Below, piece by piece: positions 37,414 through 47,102 of a stretch of 47,732 nucleotides of DNA. Each line of letters starts with the position of its first letter. Positions within the stretch are counted from its first letter, which is position 1. The notes below the pieces were generated by a model. It was not told the DNA's origin. It made no database searches and saw only the letters and a list, made by a program, of their open reading frames with translations. A program made the translations under genes and the position numbers. The DNA lies in assembly GCA_028292225.1 (NCBI GenBank), contig JAQGMV010000443.1, positions 1 through 47,732 on the forward strand, written 5' to 3'. The stretch comes from Betaproteobacteria bacterium (GTDB taxonomy: Bacteria > Pseudomonadota > Gammaproteobacteria > Burkholderiales > SG8-41).

Positions 37414-38052
37414 TTATACTCCGACTTCGCGGGCGGGAACGCCCGCAACGCCCACGCCGTCGAGGACGTCGCGAACCACCACGGCGCCCGCAGCGATGAG
37501 GCAATGGCGGCCGATACGCACGCCCTGAATCACCGTCGCGCCCGTGCCCACGTGAGAGCCCTCTCCCACGCTGACATTACCCGACAGCGTAACTCCCGGC
37601 GCCACGTGTACGTGATCGCCGATCTCACAGTCGTGGTCGATCGACGCGCGCGTATTGAGGATCGAGTTGCGGCCTACGCGGCATCCGGTCTGCACGATGG
37701 CGCCTGCCATGATCTGCGCACCTTCGCACAAGACCGCATCGGCTGCGATGGTCGCCGACGGGTGTATCACTTCCGCAAAACGGTAACCGTGCTGCTTGAA
37801 TCGCTCGAACACGCCGGAACGCTGCGGGCTCACGCCGACGGTGCCGACGGCGTTTACCAGCCGCACACCGTGCGCAGGATGGTTCTGCACTTCTTCGTCC
37901 CCTCCGGTAACCGGCACGCCGCCGACTGTTTGGCCGCGCTTCGCGCAATCGTTGTCGACGACGCCCAGCACCTCGACGCCGCGCAGGCGCAGAACGTCGA
38001 GCAACACCCGCGCGTGTCCGCCCGCCCCTATGACGATCACCGGCTCGCTCAC
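37414..38052 (-). CDS. NeuD/PglD-family sugar acetyltransferase
   Basis: VIGAGGHA, IHPSA, NTRASIDHDC and GVPAR motifs; GTG 38052 overlaps the neuB stop (GTGA). Confidence 0.9.
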   Translation of the reverse strand: MSEPVIVIGAGGHARVLLDVLRLRGVEVLGVVDNDCAKRGQTVGGVPVTGGDEEVQNHPAHGVRLVNAVGTVGVSPQRSGVFERFKQHGYRFAEVIHPSATIAADAVLCEGAQIMAGAIVQTGCRVGRNSILNTRASIDHDCEIGDHVHVAPGVTLSGNVSVGEGSHVGTGATVIQGVRIGRHCLIAAGAVVVRDVLDGVGVAGVPAREVGV

Positions 38053-39125
38053 GGCTCCACCTTCTCGTCGCGGCGGTAATCTCGCTGCGCCACCCGCCCC
38101 AGCCAGTCCCAGTATTCGACCGGGCTCACCCCGTCTCCGGGCCGTTTCACGGTGAGGTTCTCCGCGGTAAACACATCTCCCTTGCGGATGTCGGCGGCGG
38201 CGACCAGACTTTTTCGCGCGACCGGGATGTTCGCGAGTTCGCACGCTGCCGGAGCCTTCACCGCGGAACCCAGCGCGAGCTCGACTTGGCGCACCGCTTC
38301 GACCATCAGCGACAGCGCATCCAGGTCCAGCGACGCCTTGTGATCGGGGCCCGGCAGGCTGCGATCGAGGGTGAAATGCTTCTCCAGGACCGACGCGCCG
38401 AGGGCGATGGCTGCGATCGGAACCGCGATCCCGGGGCTGTGGTCGGAATACCCGGTAGAAAGCCCGAAGGCGTTGCGCAGGGTCGCCATGGAATTCAGGT
38501 TGATATCCGCGTAGGCGGCAGGGTATTCGGTCGTGCAATGCAGCAGCGTGACCTTGTCGCGCAACGCGTCCCGGCCCGCCGCCGAGGCGTAGGCGAGCGC
38601 GCAGTCGGCTTTCGACGGGGTGCGATCGGGCTCGGTATAGCCGAACGCGAGCACCGCCAGTGCCGTCTCCACTTCTCCGAGCACGCTCATGCCGGTCGAC
38701 AGGATGACGGGCAGCCCGGTGCGTGCGGCGCGAAGCAGCAGGGGGGCGTTTGTGAGGTCGCCCGACGAGAACTTCAGGCGCTCGACACCGAGCTCGTGCA
38801 CCAGGAAATCGAGGCTGACCGGGTCGAACGGTGTCGACAGGAAGTCGATCCCGCACACCTTGCAGCGCTCGACCAGCGCCGCGTGGTCGGCGTGCGCGAG
38901 CTCGAGCTTGCGGATCATCGCGTGCTGAGATTCGTCCTCATTGGTCGTCGCGATCTGATAGGCCGCTTTCGGCGCCGAACGGCTCACCAGCGTGTCCGCG
39001 GTAAACGTCTGGAACTTTACCGCGTCGGCCCCGGCGGCGGCGGCCGCATCAACCAGCTGCAGTGCGAGCTCAAGCGAACCGTTGTGGTTCACTCCCGCCT
39101 CGGCGATTACATATACGCGACTCAT
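38049..39125 (-). CDS. neuB: Nonulosonic acid (legionaminate) synthase, NeuB/LegI
   Basis: IAEAGVNHNG, AVKFQTF, STPFD, LLHCTTEYP, GYSDH, EKHFTLD..GPDH and a C-terminal AFP-like domain; ATG 39125. Confidence 0.95.
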   Translation of the reverse strand: MSRVYVIAEAGVNHNGSLELALQLVDAAAAAGADAVKFQTFTADTLVSRSAPKAAYQIATTNEDESQHAMIRKLELAHADHAALVERCKVCGIDFLSTPFDPVSLDFLVHELGVERLKFSSGDLTNAPLLLRAARTGLPVILSTGMSVLGEVETALAVLAFGYTEPDRTPSKADCALAYASAAGRDALRDKVTLLHCTTEYPAAYADINLNSMATLRNAFGLSTGYSDHSPGIAVPIAAIALGASVLEKHFTLDRSLPGPDHKASLDLDALSLMVEAVRQVELALGSAVKAPAACELANIPVARKSLVAAADIRKGDVFTAENLTVKRPGDGVSPVEYWDWLGRVAQRDYRRDEKVEP

Positions 39126-40285
39126 GCCAGGGCCAGGTCGTGGAAGTGCTTCTTCACGAGCTGCGATGGCTCGTCGATCTGCTTCAGAAACGCCGCAATG
39201 CGCTCGGACGAATGCCCGTCGCCGTAAGGATTGGCAACGCCCGAGCAATCCATCGACAAGGCGCGCCGTATCGCCTGCTCGATCGCGTCGGCCTGAGGCG
39301 CGCAACTCACTACCGAAGTGGCACGGACGCGGCCCTTTTGCCGATCGCCGATGTCGACCGTCGGTTTGCCGAAAGACGGCGCCTCATACAGGCCACTCGA
39401 CGAGTTTCCGACGACAGCGTCAACCATCGACATCGCGCTGAGGTAGCGCAGCTGGCCCAGCGAGGAGTACGCGCGCGCGTTCGGGGAAGCTGCTACGAAC
39501 TCCGCAATGAGTCGTGCTATGCCGTGCCCGCCGGTATCGGAATTGGGGTGTGTGAAGATGATTCCCATCTCCGGTCCGAGCGCCGAGAGCGCTCCAAGCA
39601 GCTCGCGGAACTGGTTTTCGGCTGGCTCTTCATCAAGTGTGGCCGGATGGAACGTCACGAGCAAGTTTTTGGGCCGGAACTCGAACCCGATCGCCGCCTC
39701 GAGAGCACGGCGCTCGAGCAGCTGCACGCGCTTGATGTAATCGATGCCGGGACTGCCGACGTTGACCACATAGCGCGGGTCTTCACCGAGTTGCCGCACC
39801 CGGCGCGCAGCCGATTCGTTGGTGACGAAATGGATATGCGCCATTTTCGTGATGCTGTGACGGATCGCCTCGTCGAACGCGCCTTCGGTCGAGTCTCCGC
39901 CGGCGATGTGCGCGATCGGAATCCTCGCCACCATCGCCGCCTGCGCCGCGGCGAGGATCTCGAAGCGGTCGCCGAGCACGACCAGGATCTCGGGTCGCAG
40001 GCGGTCGAAGACGCCGGCGAAGCCGATGACGCCGAGGCCCATCGATTTCGTCACCGCCGAAGGCGTGTCGCCGGCTAGGAGCATCTCGACGCGCTCGGCG
40101 ATGCTGAAGCCATCCGATTCGATCGCGCGGTAAGTCAGGCCGAACTCCGGCGCGAGGTGCATGCCGGTCGCTACGAGCTGCAAGTCCCAATCTGGGTCCG
40201 ACTGCAAAGCCTTCAGCAGCCAGTACAGCAGGCCGTAATCGGCGCGGCTGCCGGTGACTACGCAAATGTGGCGCGAACGGCTCAT
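39122..40285 (-). CDS. neuC: Hydrolysing NDP-HexNAc 2-epimerase, NeuC/LegG
   Basis: VTGSRADYG, TGMHL, LGDRFE, DEAIRHSITK, GNSSSG and NPYGDG motifs. Confidence 0.94.
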   Translation of the reverse strand: MSRSRHICVVTGSRADYGLLYWLLKALQSDPDWDLQLVATGMHLAPEFGLTYRAIESDGFSIAERVEMLLAGDTPSAVTKSMGLGVIGFAGVFDRLRPEILVVLGDRFEILAAAQAAMVARIPIAHIAGGDSTEGAFDEAIRHSITKMAHIHFVTNESAARRVRQLGEDPRYVVNVGSPGIDYIKRVQLLERRALEAAIGFEFRPKNLLVTFHPATLDEEPAENQFRELLGALSALGPEMGIIFTHPNSDTGGHGIARLIAEFVAASPNARAYSSLGQLRYLSAMSMVDAVVGNSSSGLYEAPSFGKPTVDIGDRQKGRVRATSVVSCAPQADAIEQAIRRALSMDCSGVANPYGDGHSSERIAAFLKQIDEPSQLVKKHFHDLALA

Positions 40286-40286
40286 G

Positions 40287-41471
40287 TCAGTCGGCGAGAA
40301 AAGGACTGCTCGGAAGGTTTACGATTCGGGCGTCGAGCGCCTCGGCCTGCGCGAGGTCCATTCGGGGGCAGTCGGCGTAGACCGGGAGCCGGTGCATCAG
40401 GGTCCATACCGGCCGCGCCATAATCCCCAGCCCGTTGAGCGTTTCGAGGAGCCGGTCGCGCACGGCGACGTCGGGGCGGTCGAGGAGCAGCGCGTTCAGC
40501 CAGTAGTTGCTGCGGCAGTGCGCCGGCTCGCGCATGATAGATACGCCCGAGACGTCCTCGAACGCATCGAAATAGCGTTGCGCGAGCGCGCGTTTGGACT
40601 CGAGAAAACCGGGTAGTTGCTCGACCTGCGCGCATCCGAGCGCGGCGTTCAGGTTGGGCAGCCGGTAGTTGTATCCGACCTGGTCGTGCATGAAGGACCA
40701 GCGGTGCGCGGTGCGCGCGGTCGTGGTGATGTGTTTCGCGAGCTTCGCGAGCGCGGGGTCGTTGGTGAGTATCGCCCCGCCGCCGCCCGTCGTAATCACT
40801 TTATTGCCATTGAAGCTCAACGCGGCGACGGTGCCGAAATTTCCGGTATGGCGTCCGCGGTAGTAAGAGCCGAGCGATTCCGCGGCGTCTTCGACGAGCT
40901 GGATTTGCCAGCGCGCGCAGAGCGCGGTGATGGCGTCGAGATCCACCGGGTGGCCGAACGTGTGCATGGGAACCAGCGCGCGTATCACGGCCCCGGTGCG
41001 CAGATTGCGGCACACGCCGTCGCGCACCGCCGCTGTTTCGCGCAGGTAATGATCGAGCTTCGAGGCGTCGACCCCGAGCGTCGCGGTATCGCTGTCGACC
41101 AGGTGCGGCCTGGCGCCGGTATAGCTGACAGCGTTCGCCGTGGCGATGAAGGTAAGGGCCGGGATCAGCACTTCGTCGCCGTGCTCGACGCCCGTGAGAA
41201 GCAGGCAAGCGTGCAGCGCCGCGGTCCCGTTGACCGTCGCGACGGCGTAACCGGCGCCCGTGAACCCCTTCAGCATCTCCTCGAAGCGATCGACGTATTT
41301 CCCCGCCGACGAGACCCACTTGGTGTCGATGCACTCCTTCACGTACTGCCATTCGTTGCCACCGAAGCTCGGCTCGTGCAGCGCGACCGGCGAGCGCAGG
41401 TCGGGCAGCACGCGTTTGACCGCGTCGACGATTACGTCATGCGTAGAGCTGCGCCCGGCGGGGGTCGTCAT
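40287..41471 (-). CDS. legC: LegC family PLP-dependent aminotransferase
   Basis: LHEP, WVSSAG, NGTAALH, EDAAESLG, SFNGNKVITTGGGG and GYNYRLPNLNAALG motifs. Confidence 0.92.
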   Translation of the reverse strand: MTTPAGRSSTHDVIVDAVKRVLPDLRSPVALHEPSFGGNEWQYVKECIDTKWVSSAGKYVDRFEEMLKGFTGAGYAVATVNGTAALHACLLLTGVEHGDEVLIPALTFIATANAVSYTGARPHLVDSDTATLGVDASKLDHYLRETAAVRDGVCRNLRTGAVIRALVPMHTFGHPVDLDAITALCARWQIQLVEDAAESLGSYYRGRHTGNFGTVAALSFNGNKVITTGGGGAILTNDPALAKLAKHITTTARTAHRWSFMHDQVGYNYRLPNLNAALGCAQVEQLPGFLESKRALAQRYFDAFEDVSGVSIMREPAHCRSNYWLNALLLDRPDVAVRDRLLETLNGLGIMARPVWTLMHRLPVYADCPRMDLAQAEALDARIVNLPSSPFLAD

Positions 41472-42475
41472 ACGTTGTACCTGTCATGCTTGTACGCTTC
41501 GAGATTGCGCGCGTCGCCGAACCAGGCGATCGTCTCCGCGAGCCCGCGGCGAAACCCTTCGAGCCCCCCGTACGCGGGCTCCCACCCGGTAAGTCGCTTC
41601 GCCTTGGTCGTGTCGGCCCACAAGCGCTCGACTTCGCTTTTCTCCGGCCGCAGACGGACTTCGTCGGTGTGCACCTCGACCTTCGCCCCCATCAACCCGG
41701 CGATCGTATCGACGGTATCGCCCATCGAGATCTCGAAGCTACTGCCCACATTGACGACCTCGCCGACGGTGCTCGCGGCTTCGGCGACGGCGACAAAGCC
41801 GCGCACGGTGTCGCTGACGAAGGAAAAATCCCGGGTGGGGTGCAGCGCGCCGAGCTTTAACGACCGGCTGCCGTTGGCGATCTGGGTGATGACGGTCGGG
41901 ATGATCGCGCGGGCCGACTGCCTCGGCCCGTAGGTGTTGAACGGCCGGATCACGGCCACGGGTGTGCCAAACGAGGCGTGAAACGACATCGCGATCTGGT
42001 CTGCGCCGATCTTGCTGGCCGAATACGGGGACTGTCCCTGCAGCGGATGGTCCTCGGTGATCGGGACCGACCTAGCGGTGCCGTAGACCTCGCTCGTCGA
42101 GGTGTGGACGACTTTCTGCACGCCGAGCTCACGTGCGGCCTGCACCACGTTGAGTGTACCTTTGACGTTGGTGTCCACGTAAGTGTCAGGTGAGTGGTAC
42201 GAATACGGAATCGCGATCAGCGCCGCGAGGTGCAGCACCCAGTCGCACCCTTCCACTGCCTTGCGCACCCCATGCGGGTCCCTGATGTCGCCCGCGAAAA
42301 TCTCGAGCTCGGCGCACACGTCCGGCGGGCAGCGGTCCAGCCATCCCCAGCTGTTGAACGAGTTGTACAGCACGAAGGCCCGCACCCGATGCCCCTGCCT
42401 TACGAGATGCTCGGTCAGGTGCGAGCCGATGAAACCGTCGGCGCCGGTAACGAGTATTTTGCGAGCTGTGGCCAT
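41468..42475 (-). CDS. legB: NAD-dependent 4,6-dehydratase LegB
   Basis: VTGADGFIGSHL, YNSFNSWGWLD, HLAALIAIPYSY, STSEVYG, QSPYSASK and RLRPEKSEVERL motifs. Confidence 0.93.
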   Translation of the reverse strand: MATARKILVTGADGFIGSHLTEHLVRQGHRVRAFVLYNSFNSWGWLDRCPPDVCAELEIFAGDIRDPHGVRKAVEGCDWVLHLAALIAIPYSYHSPDTYVDTNVKGTLNVVQAARELGVQKVVHTSTSEVYGTARSVPITEDHPLQGQSPYSASKIGADQIAMSFHASFGTPVAVIRPFNTYGPRQSARAIIPTVITQIANGSRSLKLGALHPTRDFSFVSDTVRGFVAVAEAASTVGEVVNVGSSFEISMGDTVDTIAGLMGAKVEVHTDEVRLRPEKSEVERLWADTTKAKRLTGWEPAYGGLEGFRRGLAETIAWFGDARNLEAYKHDRYNV

Positions 42476-42541
42476 AGTGTGGGGCTTGTTGACGTCGTTG
42501 TTTCTGGAATCAGTGCCGAAGCCGCAGTCGCGCGAGCGGCT

Positions 42542-43765
42542 TCAGACCCGGCCGGACTGCCACGTGAGGTAACGCCTGATGGCGCGCAGCTGGTCGGCTT
42601 TCATGGGATCGCTGTGCATCGAGGCGAGTCCTTCCCGGATCAGCACCGCGAGGGACATGAGGACAAAGGTCACGACGAAAGTCATCACGGCAATCAGCGC
42701 ACGCTTCGGCCTGGTCTTGCGCTCCGGAGGAAGAGCCGTGTCGAGCACCTGCACCAGCGAGCTTTCTCGGGCCTCGTCGATCTTCGCCATCTCGAATTGC
42801 TTCGCGAGGAGCTCGTAGAGCGTCTGGTAGTACCGGACGTTGCGAAGCGCACGCACGCTATCGGTGCTCCCCTGCCCGCCGGGCGCCGAGCTTCGCTCGG
42901 GCGAGCCGCCCTCCAGCTTCGTCAGCTCTCGCCGCATCACCTCGAGCTCCTGCTGCGCGCTCTGCAGTTCGGGATTGCCTTGCGCGGCGAACGCCTGCAT
43001 CGCGCCGATCTGTACCTCCTTCACGCTGATCTGCGCACGCAGCCGAGAGGTGATTTCCAGCAGCGCACGCGCCTGCCCCTCCACCTGCGCAAGGCCGCCC
43101 TTTTGCATCGCCTGCCGAGCGCTGGACTCAGCGCCGGCGAGGTTGTCCCTCGCTTCAACGAACTGACGCTCGAAGAACAACCGCCGCTGCGAAGCCTCGG
43201 TCAGCGCGAGCGTCTTGGTGAGCTTGTGCAGTTCATCGACGTAACCATTCGCGATCGCGGCTGCGCGCGCCGGATCCTCGTCTTCAACTGCGATCGTAAT
43301 GATCTGGTCAGTGGCGGTCGAGATGACCGAACGTGACGCAAGCCTGGCGCGGGTGGCAGTCTGGTCTTTTTCCGCGTAAAGCCGCTGCAGATCGAAGCGC
43401 GAGATCAACGAATCGGCGACGGTCCTGCTTGTCAGCATAGCGACGTAAAGGTCATTCGGGTTCTTGAGCCCCATGCCGCTGCCAGCGAGGCCGCTGAGAG
43501 CGCCCAGCTGCCCGAGCATCGCAGCGGCCGTCGACTGGCTCTGCTGGGGGGGCAGGATTTTGGCCGTCGCCGTGTAGATATTCGCCACCAGCAGACTAAG
43601 AAGCGCAGCGATTGCGCTGGCCCCCAATGCGGCGGCCAGTATTATCGTCTTGTGCTTCGCAACGACCACCAGCAGGCCGAGCAGGCTCACCTCGTCGTGA
43701 TTGCGCTCGACGCGCGCGCTGGGCGCGACGGCTGACGAGTCGTTTGCGATCTCGGATTCAGGCAT
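42542..43765 (-). CDS. Wzz/GumC-type polysaccharide co-polymerase (no kinase domain)
   Basis: Two terminal TM segments, YTATAKILPP, a coiled-coil periplasmic region and LD.A.PPERKTRPKR. Start taken at ATG 43765 (ORF extends to 43816). Confidence 0.88.
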   Translation of the reverse strand: MPESEIANDSSAVAPSARVERNHDEVSLLGLLVVVAKHKTIILAAALGASAIAALLSLLVANIYTATAKILPPQQSQSTAAAMLGQLGALSGLAGSGMGLKNPNDLYVAMLTSRTVADSLISRFDLQRLYAEKDQTATRARLASRSVISTATDQIITIAVEDEDPARAAAIANGYVDELHKLTKTLALTEASQRRLFFERQFVEARDNLAGAESSARQAMQKGGLAQVEGQARALLEITSRLRAQISVKEVQIGAMQAFAAQGNPELQSAQQELEVMRRELTKLEGGSPERSSAPGGQGSTDSVRALRNVRYYQTLYELLAKQFEMAKIDEARESSLVQVLDTALPPERKTRPKRALIAVMTFVVTFVLMSLAVLIREGLASMHSDPMKADQLRAIRRYLTWQSGRV

Positions 43766-43842
43766 AAGGGTGGTCAGTGGAGAGGCAGGAGCATAATTCG
43801 GCGCTGAGCCGGACACTCGCCGCCTTCGAACGATTTATCCCA

Positions 43843-43851
43843 ATTGTACCA
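43843..43851 (-). promoter_or_regulatory. Putative extended -10 internal promoter for the wzz-leg genes
   Basis: TGgTACAAT on the minus strand, in an AT-rich patch ~80 bp upstream of ATG 43765. Confidence 0.45.
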
Positions 43852-44441
43852 ATGTTTTGCGCTCAGGTACGCCCATTTAGCCAACGGTGTGCATGCGTAC
43901 CCGAGCAGGCCGCGCAGAACACGCAGCGGCAGCGGCATCCCCGATCGAACATGGACGGCGCAGTTCACGACCGCCCCTCGAGGGCTCGCATTCTCAAGCC
44001 ATCCGGCGGGCTGCCGCGGATCGGATCCGAGTTTGCGGAGGGGGAGGAAATTGTGGATGAGAGGCTCTGGGGGGACACGATAGTCAGGATCCACCGACCA
44101 GTGGCGGTCGTGTAGCCGGCATCCCTCACTTTGGGCAACAGGTGCCGGTTGTCCCCCATGGGGCGCTGCTCGCTATCAAGCAGAGTGATCGTGAGCTCGG
44201 TTACTCTGGCCGCACTCGCCTTGGCCAGAACCTTCCCCATGGTCAACGCCGGCGTGAACATGTCCGGGGCCTCGGAGAATAGGTATGCCTTCGCCACCGA
44301 CGCGGCTTGGTGGATGATCCGGTCGTTTTCCGACACGGTGAGACAACTGCGCAACAACGGCAAAGCGCACCAAGGCTTGCGGATACGCGTCAGACGGTCA
44401 GGTACCCGTCAGGATTGGCCATGGAAAACTGCGGCAAGTCA

Positions 44442-46910
44442 TCAGAGGCCCTGCAGGACTTTGAGACCGGCCACGCCCAGCGCGAACTGGTAGAAGATCT
44501 GCGACCAGTCCTTGAGCTCCCGAGTCAGGCTGAATCGGTCGAGATTCTCCGGCACGATTATCGTGTCGCCTGGATTTAACCGCTCTCCTGAGAACGTCGT
44601 GAAGAAACGACCCTGCGCACGCGCCGTCACCGAGCCGTCGGCACGAATCACGTAGATGCGGCCCGAGTCCGCGTCGCGCGTCGCGCCGCCGGCCTGGTCC
44701 ACGTAATCCGATACCCGCTTGCCGCCGTCGTGAACGAAGGTGTTCTGGTTGTACACCGATCCGACGACGCTCACTGTCGAGGGACGCGAAGGCACAAGAA
44801 ACCGATCGCCGTCGTCCAGGGGAAACTCCGGAACGTTCTGAAGCTGCGCATCGGGACGCATCTCGAACACGATTCGGCCCGTAGCCCGAATGTTGCGCAG
44901 CCGTTCCAACAAACGGCGCTGACTCTCGACCTGCGCGACCGCTCGAGGAGTATCGGCGGGGTCCACCGTCCGCTGCGCCTGTGTCGAAGCATTCCTTTCC
45001 ACTTCCTGAGCGAGCCGGTCGAGCGACTCATTCAGGCGCTTTTGCTGTTGAGTCCGGACCGATTCACGAGTCAACTCGGATCCGTAGAGGTAGGCATTCC
45101 GGGTGAAGCCGCCGACTCGTACCACGAGCTGGCGCAGTGTTTCTCCCGGCAGCAACTGATATACGCCGGGCGTGGCGACCTCCCCTTCCAGTCGCACGAA
45201 TTTGGTCTGCTTCGCAACAGGCACCTGGATGTCCATCTTGGAGAAGATGGTGATGACGTCCCCCGGCTGCAGGACGAGGTTGTTCGTCGGATCGCCTTCG
45301 AGGATGGCGTTGCCAAGATTGAACGGGATGAGTTGGGTGGTGAGATCGTTCCTGTTCAGGCGCTCGATCACCGCATAATCCCAGTTGACCTCCGGCACCT
45401 GCGGCTTGATTTCGGTTCGCAGCAGATGCGCCCGGCTGGCACGGTCCGACTGGGAATCCCCCCCCGCGGACTGCCCCTCCGTCGAGCGCCCTTGCCGGCT
45501 ATTCGCGCCCCCGCTGTCGTCGCCTTCGCGCAGGCCCGATGCCAGTTCGCCCCGCAGGCCGAAGTTCTGACGACCGGTCACGTCCGGACGCACGATGAGG
45601 TTGCGTTTGATCCAGTAGTCCGGGACGATCAGCGATTCCTTGTCCGGCACCACATCGCGCACCCGCAACCCTGCGCGCCACGGATGACGCGCCGGTACGG
45701 CCACGTTCCCTCTCACCGTCACCGTGTTGTCGAACCGCGGCGAAAGCTGCAGGACCGTCACCAGGTCGCCGTCGCGCACCGCATGCTCCATTCCCTGGCG
45801 GTCGAGGGTGAACTCTTCGACATTGCGCGATCGACGATCCACGATGCGTTCCACGCTGACCTTCTGCCCGTCCGCGGTAGTCGCAAGCCCCCCGGCGACC
45901 TCGAGCAACTGCGCCAGGTTCTTTTCGCCCTTCAGTTCGTAGATTGCCGGGTTGTTCACACTGCCTGAAACCGCCGCGAGCGACCCGATCGGGGGAATGT
46001 AAATCACGTCGCCGGGCAGCAGCGCGACATCCTTCGACTTATCGCCCCTTAGCAGCAGGTCGTACACGTCGAACTCGGTGACGAGCTTGTCGCGGCGCTT
46101 CAGTTGAATGCTGCGCAACGAGCCTTTGAGTGTCGGTCCGCCGGACGCGAAGAGCGCATTCACGAGTGTGCTGAGGGAGCTCAGGGTGTAGGTGCCGGGA
46201 CGCGACGCGTGTCCGACCACGAAAATCTGCATCGAACGCAACTGGCCCATGGTCACGTTCAGCTCGAAGTTTCGGAACACGCGGCCGATAGCATTCTTCA
46301 TCAGCGGCTGCAGGTCCTGGTAGCGAATCCCCGAGACGGGAATATTGCCGATACGGGGAATGCTGATCGCGCCATTGCGGTCGACCACTGCACGATAATC
46401 AATGTCGACTGCGCCCCACGCACGCACGACGATCTCGTCGCCGGGGCCGATCACATAATCCGATGTGACCGGAACCGCGTCGAGCGGTGCAAACGTGCTG
46501 GGCACGCGGCGGAACAGGTTGTACCCGAACATCGGAAGCTCACGACCGACGGACTGCAGCACAAAATCCTGGAACTCGTTCCGCTCACGGGATGCCGCGG
46601 ACGCATCCGTGTCCTGGGTAGCCATCCCGGGCATCGCCGTCGGCCACTGCTGCATGAAATTGCCAGGAGCGCCGCCCGGCTGCTGAGATTGCGAGCTAGT
46701 AGACGCACGGTTCGTAATCACTGGCGGGAGTGGCGACTGCTGCTGTTGCTGCAGCCCGCCGGGCACGTTGCCGCCCGTCTGCGCCTGATCGGCACCGCAC
46801 GGCTGCCCATAGGCGTTGACTCCATTGGGGCCGCAAGAAACCTGCGCGTACGCTGCATGCGCACCAAATAGTGTGAGAAAACACAGCGTCAAGCGCATGA
46901 GAGTGAGCAT
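44442..46910 (-). CDS. SLBB-repeat polysaccharide export protein (KpsD/OtnA(WbfF)-like)
   Basis: Sec signal ending AHAAYA; Poly_export motif DYVIGPGD..VDRNG.I.IP.IG; repeated SLBB units (V.G.V..PG.Y, AGG); C-terminal LNPGDTIIVP. Confidence 0.92.
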   Translation of the reverse strand: MLTLMRLTLCFLTLFGAHAAYAQVSCGPNGVNAYGQPCGADQAQTGGNVPGGLQQQQQSPLPPVITNRASTSSQSQQPGGAPGNFMQQWPTAMPGMATQDTDASAASRERNEFQDFVLQSVGRELPMFGYNLFRRVPSTFAPLDAVPVTSDYVIGPGDEIVVRAWGAVDIDYRAVVDRNGAISIPRIGNIPVSGIRYQDLQPLMKNAIGRVFRNFELNVTMGQLRSMQIFVVGHASRPGTYTLSSLSTLVNALFASGGPTLKGSLRSIQLKRRDKLVTEFDVYDLLLRGDKSKDVALLPGDVIYIPPIGSLAAVSGSVNNPAIYELKGEKNLAQLLEVAGGLATTADGQKVSVERIVDRRSRNVEEFTLDRQGMEHAVRDGDLVTVLQLSPRFDNTVTVRGNVAVPARHPWRAGLRVRDVVPDKESLIVPDYWIKRNLIVRPDVTGRQNFGLRGELASGLREGDDSGGANSRQGRSTEGQSAGGDSQSDRASRAHLLRTEIKPQVPEVNWDYAVIERLNRNDLTTQLIPFNLGNAILEGDPTNNLVLQPGDVITIFSKMDIQVPVAKQTKFVRLEGEVATPGVYQLLPGETLRQLVVRVGGFTRNAYLYGSELTRESVRTQQQKRLNESLDRLAQEVERNASTQAQRTVDPADTPRAVAQVESQRRLLERLRNIRATGRIVFEMRPDAQLQNVPEFPLDDGDRFLVPSRPSTVSVVGSVYNQNTFVHDGGKRVSDYVDQAGGATRDADSGRIYVIRADGSVTARAQGRFFTTFSGERLNPGDTIIVPENLDRFSLTRELKDWSQIFYQFALGVAGLKVLQGL

Positions 46911-47037
46911 TAAAATCGTGACCCCTGTCTTACTGGATACTCTGAATGCCCGGGCTTGGGCTTAGGGCGGCAGCGCGACCTTCCTACCACAGCATGCCGC
47001 TCGAATCCGACGCGGGGCTCGTTTTTGCGGGCGCTTG

Positions 47038-47043
47038 ATTATA
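47038..47043 (-). promoter_or_regulatory. Putative sigma70 -10 element at the head of the cluster
   Basis: Perfect TATAAT on the minus strand between the dnaQ stop and the export gene; no good -35. Confidence 0.4.
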
Positions 47044-47102
47044 TTACAGCGCCTGCACCTGCGGCTTGCAGCGCAAGGTCGGCCGAAGCGCTTTTCCATG
47101 CG

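Noticed and set aside
33236-39305. Long N-terminal extensions in the ORF track for hisF, neuA, the NeuD-like gene and neuB (likewise hisH, GT4 and rfbG)
   Set aside because: They overlap upstream genes and lack homology. The trimmed starts sit at stop/start overlaps or follow an RBS.
46961-46977. ops/JUMPstart-like sequence cttagGGCGGcAGCGcg upstream of the cluster
   Set aside because: It is on the + strand, whereas a functional ops must be on the non-template (minus) strand here. It has two mismatches to GGCGGTAGCGTG, and no RfaH/NusG paralogue is in the window.
46911-47102. tRNA or integration site after dnaQ
   Set aside because: No cloverleaf, T-loop/CCA arrangement or integrase visible.
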